DNA of 32,000 bases, from positions 16,279 to 48,278 of the forward strand of contig JAWCFL010000014.1 of the NCBI GenBank assembly GCA_038858525.1. Direction: 5' to 3'. A model generated the notes under the pieces. It did not search any database. It saw only the letters and a list, made by a program, of their open reading frames with translations, and was not told the DNA's origin. The translations under genes were made by a program, and so were the position numbers. Shown here piece after piece: positions 1 to 8,772 of this stretch; position 1 is the stretch's first letter, and each line of letters starts with the position of its first letter. Origin of the DNA: Candidatus Jordarchaeales archaeon. GTDB taxonomy: Archaea > Asgardarchaeota > Jordiarchaeia > Jordiarchaeales > Freyrarchaeaceae.

Positions 1-2
1 TC

Positions 3-443
3 CTAACTAAGGAAAGGATCGATGACCTGATTGAAGCCGGCGTAACAGACATAGGGCCCGACCTTAAGTCTCTCCGCTTGGAGACCTTTCAGCTGATCAC
101 CGGAGTCAAGGAGAGGGAGCTGGCGAGGCTATACCTTGACACGTCGTGGAACGCAGTAAAGTACATTGCAGACGAGTACTACCCTGAAAAGGTGTTCATG
201 GGAATAGGGATCCCATACAACAAGTTCTTTCACCCAAACTTGGATGAGCTGTTGAAAATGGGTGAAAAGATCGCTCGCATCGACCCCGATATACAGGTTT
301 GTGTTCTTGACTATCGACCGGAGTTCAGGTCAAACATAACACAACCCACTCTTGAAGAAATGAAGGCTGTGAGGGAAGCCCTCATAGGGGTGGGATTAAG
401 GAAAGTTATCGCTCAAACCTCCCTAGGACATATCGGCCCATAA
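3..443 (+). CDS. Radical SAM protein (PflA/activating-enzyme-like, archaeal), C-terminal part only; 5' end lies outside the window
   Basis: Frame is open from position 3 (LTKERIDDLIEAGVTDIGPDLK...) to TAA at 443. The C-terminal pattern (DLK..., VCVLDYRPEFR, PTLEEM) is typical of archaeal PflA-like radical SAM proteins. The CxxxCxxC motif is not visible. Confidence 0.65.
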   Translation, partial: LTKERIDDLIEAGVTDIGPDLKSLRLETFQLITGVKERELARLYLDTSWNAVKYIADEYYPEKVFMGIGIPYNKFFHPNLDELLKMGEKIARIDPDIQVCVLDYRPEFRSNITQPTLEEMKAVREALIGVGLRKVIAQTSLGHIGP

Positions 444-633
444 ACTGGTGAGACTACTAATGTGAGGTTGCCTTTTATTTTTCCTTTCACCATGTCGCAG
501 CGTTTTTGCTTTCAATCATTTGTCGCATGGTTAGGAGGAAGGGAGAAAAGTTAAATTTTGTTGGTTTTTATTTAGATCGGTAATTGCAGTTGCTTCATCT
601 TTTTAAGTGTCCTTTAAAAAGGAGGTTTAGCCT

Positions 634-1605
634 TTGCCTGTTATTCTTTTCTGCGGTTCTGAAGTTAACCCGCTCGTTAGGAACCTAATTAAAGGCTATA
701 ATGCTGAAGAGTTAGTTATTGTTTCTGGGACTGTCCATGATTTTATGCTTTCTGGGCTAAGGGTTTTTTACGAGTCTGACAGTGTTATCCTTGCGGCGTC
801 AAACATCGGGGGGAGCCTTTCGAGCGATGCTAGGTACGCATGCTGGAGGCTTATGGGGCGGCTGGGCGTAAGCGCGTCGCCCCCTGTACCCGAAGAAATG
901 GTTGCTTTCAGCCTATTCAGGATGGGGGTGACGAGTAAAGGAGCAGATACGATTTCATCATTTATATCGCTGTGTGATGCGCTCAAATTAGATTTCACTG
1001 TTATTCCCTTGACAGATGATATACCGAGCATTCATGTGAAAAGTGACGGGCGGGAAATGAGGCTGCTAGAGTTTCTCATTTCTTCTAAGGAGGTGAAGAA
1101 GGTCGACGGGGTCAAGGTCGATGGGGATTTTAAACCGTTAAAGCAGTCTCTCAGTTACATTAAGAATAGTGAAAGCATTTTAATCGCTCCAAACGACCCT
1201 GTAAGCATATTGCCTATCGAAAGAAACGCCGAGGTATGCGGTGCATTAAAGGCATGTGAAGGCGAAGTAACGCTTGTGCTTCTTCCAGTCACGCCGAAGG
1301 TTGAGGCTGTTCTATCATGCTTGGGAATAGATTCGTCACCGCTAGGTTTGGCGAGGCTTTTTGAAGGGTTAACTGATAGAATTATTCTTGATCAGTCCTT
1401 ATCGAAGGCAAGAAAAGACATAGCGTCCTCGATAGGCGTGGAGGTGCTTCTCGCCGACCTATCTCCTTCGGCTTTGCAAAGTTGCGTTCCAAAAGTCATA
1501 TTAGAATCGTTCCCTCTCCGGAGGAAAAAATCTACTGCCGTAAAGGATGTTGTTAAAGGAATAACGAAAATGATGAAGCTAGAGAAAGGAGAGAAGGAGA
1601 ACTAA
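634..1605 (+). CDS. CofD (2-phospho-L-lactate transferase)/YvcK-fold protein with degenerate catalytic motifs
   Basis: SD GGAGGT at 621-626, TTG start. Colinear with CofD throughout (EELVIVSGTVHD~ELxVIVNTGED; VIPLTDD~VIPMTDD; ILIAPNDP~IIGPSNP; IILD~LVID), but the GGxG, SPDxD and GDxD motifs are lost. Confidence 0.7.
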   Translation: MPVILFCGSEVNPLVRNLIKGYNAEELVIVSGTVHDFMLSGLRVFYESDSVILAASNIGGSLSSDARYACWRLMGRLGVSASPPVPEEMVAFSLFRMGVTSKGADTISSFISLCDALKLDFTVIPLTDDIPSIHVKSDGREMRLLEFLISSKEVKKVDGVKVDGDFKPLKQSLSYIKNSESILIAPNDPVSILPIERNAEVCGALKACEGEVTLVLLPVTPKVEAVLSCLGIDSSPLGLARLFEGLTDRIILDQSLSKARKDIASSIGVEVLLADLSPSALQSCVPKVILESFPLRRKKSTAVKDVVKGITKMMKLEKGEKEN

Positions 1606-1631
1606 CTAAATAAATTTTGAGAGGTAGTATC

Positions 1632-2867
1632 ATGGTTTTGAGGGCTCTTCACGTAATAGTTCCTCGAGAGAGAGCTGATGAGATCTTGAACATGCTAGGG
1701 GAAGAAGGATGGGTGCACTCGTATGTTTCAGGCGTGGACAACACGTTCATCATAATTGAAGCAGGCGTTAGAGAAATAGAGGAAGTAATGGAGCATCTGA
1801 AAGCAATAGGGGTCGGAAGAGAATATGGTTCAATATATCTGATGTCACCCCTCACCTCCTTACCTCAGCCTCGGAAACGTAAAGAGCTCCTGCTGGAGAG
1901 AGCCTCTAAGGACGAAATACTTTCTGTAATTGAAAGATCTGGAAAGCTGAGCGGAAACTACCTTGTCCTCATACTTCTATCAGCGATCCTCGCCGCTCTC
2001 GGGCTTCTAGCAAATAACGTTATAGTAGTAATAGGGTCCACGTTAGTCTCCCCCCTCATGGGACCCATAACTACTACAGCGATAGGAACGGTAATGAGCG
2101 ATAGGCAATTATTCAAAGACGGGGTTAAAGCGGAGCTGGTAGGGATCGGACTTTCAGTACTTATAGGGTTTCTCCTGACAAAGATGTTTCCAGGCGCTTC
2201 CCCGACAACTGAAATCCTGTCTGTAGCTCAGCTAACGCTAGCTGAGTTCGTCCTAGCAATAATTTCTGGTCTTGCCGCTGCTGTTTGCCTAACTGGCGGA
2301 ATAGAAGCGGCCCTAGTCGGCGTCGCCATAGCAGCTTCCCTTCTGCCTCCAGCCGCAAACGTAGGAATAGGTTTAGGGCTTGGAAATCCAGCGATACTCT
2401 TCGGCTCAGTCTTCCTGCTTCTAATAAACATTTTTAGTATAAACTTGGCTTGCACCTTAATGTTTTGGGTTCAAGGGATAAGGCCGCTTGTGACGCGCAG
2501 ACGAATGGTTGCAGTTAGAGTTATAAGAAGACGAGCAATAGCGGTCTTTTTAGCTCTCCTCGCGCTCTCCATACCCGTCATAATCACGACGCAAGGAATA
2601 TATGCCCAAACACAAGTCACCCCCGCAGCGACTCTGGCAACATACTCGCAAGCATGGTCTGCTAAAGCAGTCGTTTCATCTCTCAACGTAATCTATGAGA
2701 GAAACAGCAACATCGCTATAGTGCAGGCAACTATTTATTCTGATGAACCAATAAGCTCCGACATCGCTTTGAAGATTAGTGCCATAACAACCTTTGCCTC
2801 CAGAATACCAACGATAACGATAATACACGTGATTCAAGTAAACTCGATTATTTTGCTCTTAGGATAA
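1632..2867 (+). CDS. TIGR00341/DUF389 family multi-pass membrane protein
   Basis: Motifs VVIGSTLVSPLMGPI, LAIISGLAAA, GVAIAASLLPPAANVGIGL and LLLINIFSINLA. Start placed at ATG 1632 (SD GAGGT at 1621-1625); the ORF track starts at 1617. Confidence 0.88.
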   Translation: MVLRALHVIVPRERADEILNMLGEEGWVHSYVSGVDNTFIIIEAGVREIEEVMEHLKAIGVGREYGSIYLMSPLTSLPQPRKRKELLLERASKDEILSVIERSGKLSGNYLVLILLSAILAALGLLANNVIVVIGSTLVSPLMGPITTTAIGTVMSDRQLFKDGVKAELVGIGLSVLIGFLLTKMFPGASPTTEILSVAQLTLAEFVLAIISGLAAAVCLTGGIEAALVGVAIAASLLPPAANVGIGLGLGNPAILFGSVFLLLINIFSINLACTLMFWVQGIRPLVTRRRMVAVRVIRRRAIAVFLALLALSIPVIITTQGIYAQTQVTPAATLATYSQAWSAKAVVSSLNVIYERNSNIAIVQATIYSDEPISSDIALKISAITTFASRIPTITIIHVIQVNSIILLLG

Positions 2868-2875
2868 CTGTGAAA

Positions 2876-4693
2876 TTAAGGGCTTTCTTCACCTTCATCA
2901 TGCCTTTCCTCAATGTAGTAGTACATCGATTTCGCTTTTTGCATCTTGTCTAAGCGTGACCCCTCCTTATTCACGCGTGGCCGTCCTGTTCTATAATCTC
3001 TTCTGAAGGTAATGTTCATCCGTTCAAGGAACCTATTCATTCCTGTTTTCAAATCGACGGGCCTGTGAGCTATCCCTTGCACTCCCGGCTTCCCTGTGAA
3101 CACCATCAGCGAGTCTGATATGACGTCGACGAGTACTATGTCGTGTTCGACTACGAAGGCGGCTGCCTCAGACTTCTCAATGACCCGCCTAACTACGCGT
3201 GCCATGTTAAGCCTTTGCTCTGACGACAGGAATGCGCTTGGCTCATCGATGAGGTAAACATCTGCTTCCCTTGCTAGGCATGCTGCTATCGCTACACGCT
3301 GAAGTTCACCGCCACTGAGATTTTTGATCTCCCTGTCTAAGAGAGGCGTTACTTCTAATGGCTCTAAAACTGCTGTTTTGAAGTCGCTTGAGAAAACCTT
3401 CTTTCCTTCAGTCTCCTGTAAGAAAGCTTGAACCGTTCCGTCATAAGTTGCCTTCAAGTACTGAGGTTTATAGCTAACTTTAAGTGTCTGTGGAGGCATG
3501 CTTCCAGCGTCCGGCTTTAGTATTCCCGCGATAAGCTTGACAAACGTGGTCTTTCCAATGCCGTTTGGCCCTATTATGCCAATAACCTCCCCCTTGTGTG
3601 CAGCTCCTCCTTCCACTCTGAGAGTGAACCCGTCGAGCCGCTTCTCCATCTCACCAAAGGAAACTATTACTTTTTCGCTAACCCACTTCTCGGCGGGAAC
3701 GGGATTTACGTGGAACCTTATAGCTTCGCTCCTAAACCTTAAGTTCTCGTCGGGCAAATACCCGTCTAAGTAAATGTTTATTCCCTCCCTGACACTATGA
3801 GGATGAGTAACTACGCCGTAGACTCCGGGCTCACCGTAAAACATGCATACGACGTCACTCAAGTAGTCAGCTAGGGCTAAGTCATGCTCGACGCATATGA
3901 CTGTTTTGCCATGATCGAGAAGCCGCCTTATGACGCGGGCTGCATTAAGCCGCTGGTAAATGTCAAGATAGCTCGACGGCTCATCAAACAGATAAACGTC
4001 AGCTTCACGGGAAACTGCAGCCGCTATAGCGACCCGTTGGAGCTCGCCCCCACTGAGGACTTCAAGTTCTCGTTCAAGAACAGCTTCGAGCTCAAGCTCC
4101 TTCACCAGTTCGCGCATAGTCCCTCTCTCATCGGCTCTCTCGAGAAGGTCTGCCACCACTCCCTTAACAACCTTTGGCAGTAGCGTAATGTTCTGAGGTT
4201 TATGGACGACTTTTAAGTCGCCGTTAGCCATCTTCTCAAAATAACCCTGAAGCTCGCTCCCCCTATAATACCTTATAATTTCATCCCAGTCTGGCGGGTT
4301 ATCAAAGCGGCCGAAGTTCGGCTTGATCTCTCCGCTAAGAATCCGCATAGCTGTTGTTTTTCCCACGCCATTTGGACCAATGAGTCCGGTAACCCTGCCA
4401 CTTTTAGGGATCGGTAAGCGGTAAAGCTTGAAGGAGTTGGGACCATACCTAAACGTCAGGTCCTCCTCGAGCTCCTCTGGAAGGTTAACTATGCGTATCG
4501 CTTTGAAGGGGCACTTCTTAACGCAGATGCCCTCTCCTTCACATAGAGACTCAGCTATCCTCGCTTTCCCCGTCTCCTCATCAAAGGTCACCGTCTCCTG
4601 TCTCATCCTCACTCCAGGACAAAACCTGTAGCATTCCTTTGAGCAATCGTTAGGCTTACATCTGCTCTTATCGATAACCGCCACTCTTACCAT
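2876..4693 (-). CDS. rli1: Ribosome recycling ATPase ABCE1/Rli1
   Basis: N-terminal Fe-S domain CX4CX3CX3CP...CX2(E)X2CX3CP. Two NBDs with Walker A GPNGVGKT and GPNGIGKT, signature LSGGELQR twice, Walker B DEPS twice, and the RRDYRTGRPRVNK hinge. Confidence 0.98.
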   Translation of the reverse strand: MVRVAVIDKSRCKPNDCSKECYRFCPGVRMRQETVTFDEETGKARIAESLCEGEGICVKKCPFKAIRIVNLPEELEEDLTFRYGPNSFKLYRLPIPKSGRVTGLIGPNGVGKTTAMRILSGEIKPNFGRFDNPPDWDEIIRYYRGSELQGYFEKMANGDLKVVHKPQNITLLPKVVKGVVADLLERADERGTMRELVKELELEAVLERELEVLSGGELQRVAIAAAVSREADVYLFDEPSSYLDIYQRLNAARVIRRLLDHGKTVICVEHDLALADYLSDVVCMFYGEPGVYGVVTHPHSVREGINIYLDGYLPDENLRFRSEAIRFHVNPVPAEKWVSEKVIVSFGEMEKRLDGFTLRVEGGAAHKGEVIGIIGPNGIGKTTFVKLIAGILKPDAGSMPPQTLKVSYKPQYLKATYDGTVQAFLQETEGKKVFSSDFKTAVLEPLEVTPLLDREIKNLSGGELQRVAIAACLAREADVYLIDEPSAFLSSEQRLNMARVVRRVIEKSEAAAFVVEHDIVLVDVISDSLMVFTGKPGVQGIAHRPVDLKTGMNRFLERMNITFRRDYRTGRPRVNKEGSRLDKMQKAKSMYYYIEERHDEGEESP

Positions 4694-4765
4694 GAGTACC
4701 CCTCAAGAGGCCTTCTCGAAAAGAGAGAAGTGAATACAGCTTAAAAGTTATTTTGATGGCTCACG

Positions 4766-5773
4766 TTACTGTGTCGCTTTGAACGAGAACCAGACTGGAT
4801 CGAATTCAAGCTTCATTTTGTTCTCGTCAAACCATCTTTTAAGTTCGCTAAAGGTCGGGAAACCCTTCGCCCCATGTATCCTTATAAAGAGGTCTACGGG
4901 GTATATTCTCTTCGAAATAGTACTTTCAACACCGAATATGAATCCGTCCGGCTTAAGGTAACTTTTAAGCTCGCCGACCGCTCTAACAGGGTCGTCAGTC
5001 CAGTGGAGGACGTGAGACACGAACACAGCGTCGTACTGTCCTTCTAATGGTTTTTCCTTTTTCAAGCTGAAGAAGTGTATGGGAAGCCCGACAGCCACGT
5101 CCTCTTTCGCCACCTCGAGCAATCCCTCTGAGACGTCGCATCCGTCAACTTCAAAATCATCAACTACCCCAGAAAGACTGTTATAAAGCTGAACCGTACC
5201 TGCTCCGCCACCGCATCCATAATCTAAAATCCTGAAAGTACCTCGACGTTTTCTAGCTTCATCCACGAGCTTCGCGAACCTTATCGCCTTCTCCCTCTGA
5301 ACCCTGTAAAATTCTCCCTCAAGAGCTATGCTCCAATGCGCCCTTAAATCGCCTGTGTCGAATTCTCCAGCCGACTTGCCTGAAAGCCTTTCCCTAATAA
5401 CTCTTATGGTCGGCTCTATGAATGTCCCAAAGGCCTCCCTAAGAACAGGATGCATTTCACTTATAGCGTCCGGGAAAGGGCTTTTTGGAGGTTGCTTTAA
5501 AAGTGTGAGTTTTCCCTCCTCAAGCTTAACAACGCCTTCTTCATCCATGATGTTTAATAACTCCACGAGAAGCTGGTGGTCAACGTATCCCTCCGCCTTC
5601 ATAAAAGCGCCGAGATCTACGTTTTCTCCAATCTGAAGCTTGCTTAAGGCGGGAGCCAGAGAATCCACCACTATGAACCTCATATACTTGTTTACCTCAT
5701 TAAGAATCTTCAATTGTCTGAGAAAGAGGTGAGGAGACTTCAACACCTCATAGAGGAAAGCAACCTTACTCAT
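4766..5773 (-). CDS. Class I SAM-dependent methyltransferase with N-terminal helical/wHTH domain
   Basis: Motif I ILDYGCGGG, acidic GCDVSEGLL, YDAVFVSHVLHW, LKPDG. Confidence 0.88.
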   Translation of the reverse strand: MSKVAFLYEVLKSPHLFLRQLKILNEVNKYMRFIVVDSLAPALSKLQIGENVDLGAFMKAEGYVDHQLLVELLNIMDEEGVVKLEEGKLTLLKQPPKSPFPDAISEMHPVLREAFGTFIEPTIRVIRERLSGKSAGEFDTGDLRAHWSIALEGEFYRVQREKAIRFAKLVDEARKRRGTFRILDYGCGGGAGTVQLYNSLSGVVDDFEVDGCDVSEGLLEVAKEDVAVGLPIHFFSLKKEKPLEGQYDAVFVSHVLHWTDDPVRAVGELKSYLKPDGFIFGVESTISKRIYPVDLFIRIHGAKGFPTFSELKRWFDENKMKLEFDPVWFSFKATQ

Positions 5774-5788
5774 TTTCTTCCATCCCGA

Positions 5789-6676
5789 TTACTTTATTGA
5801 GGCTACGCCTCGGATACTCATCCTCCGGACGAGGTCTAGAAAAGCAAGTGGGTCCTCGTGGAAACTTAGAACTTCCAGTAGCATTCTCTCCTCATATTTT
5901 TTCACTTCCTCTACTGCTTCCCTGCCGAAGAGTGACTCCGCCGCCCTCAGTGTCTCTTTCATTAAGGAGAACGTCTTATCGGCGTTTTCAGTTATAAATA
6001 CGAACAGCTTCTTGTAGCGCTCAACGTCTCTCTCTGGAAGGGACTTATAAAGGATGCCTATGACGCCAAAGGGAGTATGCTTCGACTTAGTGGAAATATA
6101 GATCAGTATTTCGTCGCTTGCCTCAACTACCTCTCCCAATGTTGTCTCCCACGAGTTAATGAGCCCAATAACGTTCACGTTTATGTTCACGTTTGACCAG
6201 AAGCGGCGGTTAACCCTATCGTACACTATGTAGCCCGCGACCCCCTCCGGTAGCTTCCTGGCTTCTCCGGGCATCTCTTTCCAAGTCATTTTTTCTAGAA
6301 TCGAGATAACCTGCTCCCTGAACTTTGAGAAACGCTCCACACTACCATCCCATTCTTCTAGATGATAGGCCGTCTCGAAAGCCCACGCTATTTCAACTGC
6401 AAAGCGCTTGTAATAGTCAACATCGTCCCCATGATCTAACAGCAAAACAACGAGAACATGTCTAAGTGAGGCGACAAGAAAAATAGCATCTGTCGTCTTA
6501 AATGAGCTGAATTCTCCTATTTTTAGCTCCTCAGCAAGTCCTTCTAACGCCCTCAACATACCGCTAAGAAGAACGTCGTCAGAGATTACCTTTGAACGTT
6601 CAAGATCAACAACCAAGAGGGGAACACCAGAAATCCTATGAATCACCAAGACCTTTCTTATCATACCGAGGACCAA
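5789..6676 (-). CDS. Longin-domain protein with a second alpha/beta domain (possibly a second longin/roadblock)
   Basis: N-terminus VLVIHRISGVPLL...DDVLLSGMLRALEGLAEEL...EFSSFKT...VLVVLL...IAWAFETAY...WDGSVERFSKFREQVISIL matches the pattern of Asgard longin domains. The start may be ATG 6664. Confidence 0.72.
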   Translation of the reverse strand: MVLGMIRKVLVIHRISGVPLLVVDLERSKVISDDVLLSGMLRALEGLAEELKIGEFSSFKTTDAIFLVASLRHVLVVLLLDHGDDVDYYKRFAVEIAWAFETAYHLEEWDGSVERFSKFREQVISILEKMTWKEMPGEARKLPEGVAGYIVYDRVNRRFWSNVNINVNVIGLINSWETTLGEVVEASDEILIYISTKSKHTPFGVIGILYKSLPERDVERYKKLFVFITENADKTFSLMKETLRAAESLFGREAVEEVKKYEERMLLEVLSFHEDPLAFLDLVRRMSIRGVASIK

Positions 6677-6780
6677 CCAACGACGTTAGATACTTAATAA
6701 AAATAGTTAAAATAGTTAAAGGATATATTTTTTGTCATTAATCTATTACGTGTAGCCTTTCAAGTTGTTTCGAATCTTAG

Positions 6781-7398
6781 CTAGAAAAATATGAATGGCT
6801 CTAATTTTCCTTTAAAATAACGTTTCATAACCTTCTTTATCCTTTTCTCGTCGATCATCTTTCTGTATCCTAGCTTTCTTAACTTTTCCTCCCATTTCAC
6901 TTGTTCCGGTGGCACCTCGCTTGGCGCCACTTTTTTAGGGTAAGCGAAAAAGTAATGTCGCTTTCTGGGGTCATAGTTAAAGTAAAAGAACCCTCCATCT
7001 TTGAAGAACACCGCTACAGAAGTGACAAGGTATTTTCCATGATAACCTGGATTGTTCACCAGCTTAAGTTCTTCCGCCATCTTCTTAAGGCGTTTATTCT
7101 CCTCCCATATTGTCTTCATCAGATCTGCTGTTTCATAAAGATCTTTAAGATAGAAGCGTAAAGTCTCTCCTTTATATTCTGTCACAGTGAATTTGGGAAC
7201 CCATCTATCCGTGACCGCCCCCTTGAAGTGAGGCTGCATAGGGGACTTAACAACGATCTCTATATGGTCTATATCTATCGCCTTGCGCCCTATATCTTCG
7301 TCTACGGGAATCCTGAACAAGTATTCCAGAATCTGAGCGAGTGACTGAGCCTCTTCCTCCTTAACTTCTCTTTCTGCCTCAATAGACAATTCATTCAC
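6781..7398 (-). CDS. Hypothetical protein (205 aa)
   Basis: Long ORF with ATG start and protein-like composition; no family recognised. Confidence 0.65.
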   Translation of the reverse strand: MNELSIEAEREVKEEEAQSLAQILEYLFRIPVDEDIGRKAIDIDHIEIVVKSPMQPHFKGAVTDRWVPKFTVTEYKGETLRFYLKDLYETADLMKTIWEENKRLKKMAEELKLVNNPGYHGKYLVTSVAVFFKDGGFFYFNYDPRKRHYFFAYPKKVAPSEVPPEQVKWEEKLRKLGYRKMIDEKRIKKVMKRYFKGKLEPFIFF

Positions 7399-7574
7399 CT
7401 CAAAAAGTAAAACTTAATAGACTCTATAGTTCACCGAGAAACTGTTCTAGGGAAATGATTGAAAGTTGGAATACATAAATTTAACCATAAGGTGTCTCTC
7501 AGCTTGGCAAAGTGGCAGACGATGTTTTCAAATATTTGCGTAGCTTTTGTTAAAGAAGCTTTAGAAACGATGCT

Positions 7575-7916
7575 TCAGTCTTTCTTTTTTGCCTGCTTAT
7601 AGTATATTCTCATTTGACGTTTGCAGTTGAGGCATGTGATCGTGAGGTGTGCTTCCCTATTTACTCTTAGTCGCACTCTGCAATTGACTCCGGGCCAAAG
7701 ATAGGTTCCACAGTGGCGGCATATCCTGCGCCGGAGAGCCCTTGGCAATCTAACTTTTGCCCTAGCACTTATTGCCCTAGCAAGGTTAACGTATCTCTGG
7801 GCAAGGCCTTGATCTTCCGGGAAGACTTCTTCTGCAAGCTTCATTAGTATTCTTATTCTGCTGATGGCGATTCCTTTAACTTCCTCTATGCTAGGTCTCC
7901 GTTTAAGCCGAACCAT
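7575..7916 (-). CDS. rnp4: RNase P protein component 4 (Rpp21)
   Basis: IAISRIRILMKLA, LAQRYVNLARAIS, ICRHCGTYLWPG, RVRLR, ITCLNC (Zn ribbon). Start moved to ATG 7916 (G-rich SD upstream); the ORF track starts at 7964. Confidence 0.96.
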   Translation of the reverse strand: MVRLKRRPSIEEVKGIAISRIRILMKLAEEVFPEDQGLAQRYVNLARAISARAKVRLPRALRRRICRHCGTYLWPGVNCRVRLRVNREAHLTITCLNCKRQMRIYYKQAKKKD

Positions 7917-8019
7917 CGCTACGCCCCCGAATGACGAAAGTTTTTTCGCCAGTTTTTCACTCACTCTTCCTGTTGCAATCAGATTTCTCCTTCATACAAA
8001 AGGAACAGGAGGATTGAAA

Positions 8020-8703
8020 TTGCTTTTTCTAATTCTCGCTGAGTCGGCTCTGGAGACTATGCCTGCTAGCCTTCAGAACGAGCCCGCTGTTCGTAGCTTG
8101 GCGAAAAGGAGAAAGAAAGCTCCTTCAAGACTCATTCTTGATTCCTCACTTTTCCCCAGTTTAGTGAGGAAACTCCCGATGGGGGAGAAAAGAGGGCGCC
8201 CTGACATAATTCACATCTCTCTTCTCTGCGCTTTGAGGACCCCCCTCAGCATGGAAGGGCACTTAAAAGTTTATGTTCACACTCTGGATGATAAAATTAT
8301 TGATATTGACCCCACAGTGAGGTTACCGAGGAACTATAACCGCTTCATAGGACTAATAGAGCAACTTTACGAACACAGTCAGGTTCCTCCGAACTCAAAA
8401 CCCCTCTTAGCGCTCAAAAACATGTCGCTCCCCGCTCTTCTGAGGGAAATAAACCCTGAAAAAACAATCCTTTTCTGCGAGGAAGGTGTGAGAGTGGATC
8501 TTAACGATTACATGAGAAACTTGTCATCACTAAGCAGAGTAGTAGCTATGGTTGGCGGCTTTCCTCACGGCTCGTTCTCGAGTCAGACCGAATCCCTGGC
8601 GGACGATAAAATATCCATCTACGATAGGCCTCTCGAAGCCTGGACGGTCGTTTCAAGGGTAATATACTCTTATGAGCTGGCAATATTCAGGAAAACCGAG
8701 TGA
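8020..8703 (+). CDS. nep1: 16S rRNA pseudouridine N1-methyltransferase Nep1/Emg1 (SPOUT)
   Basis: LILAESALE, RGRPDIIHISLL, RLPRNYNRFIGLIEQL, VGGFPHG. Start at TTG 8020 (or 8014) behind GGAGG at 8008-8012; the ORF track extension back to 7864 overlaps rnp4 and is unlikely. Confidence 0.96.
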   Translation: MLFLILAESALETMPASLQNEPAVRSLAKRRKKAPSRLILDSSLFPSLVRKLPMGEKRGRPDIIHISLLCALRTPLSMEGHLKVYVHTLDDKIIDIDPTVRLPRNYNRFIGLIEQLYEHSQVPPNSKPLLALKNMSLPALLREINPEKTILFCEEGVRVDLNDYMRNLSSLSRVVAMVGGFPHGSFSSQTESLADDKISIYDRPLEAWTVVSRVIYSYELAIFRKTE

Positions 8704-8772
8704 AAAATAAACATAGAACAGCTGGTACGATACGAAGAAGTCATGTTCATTGGGAGCCGCATCACTCCCCCC

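Noticed and set aside
478-540. Imperfect hairpin (ttcct..accatg ... catggt..aggaa) after the radical SAM gene; possible SECIS or terminator
   Set aside because: The AUGA/GA and A-rich loop features occur only on the minus strand, helix II is too short, and no UGA-containing selenoprotein is visible nearby.
6700-6720. 9-bp tandem repeat AAAATAGTT x2 upstream of the longin gene
   Set aside because: Short, low-complexity and in an AT-rich promoter; chance or slippage is sufficient.
7864-8013. 5' extension of the nep1 ORF in the ORF track
   Set aside because: Antisense overlap with rnp4; Nep1 homology starts at LILAESALE with an SD just upstream.
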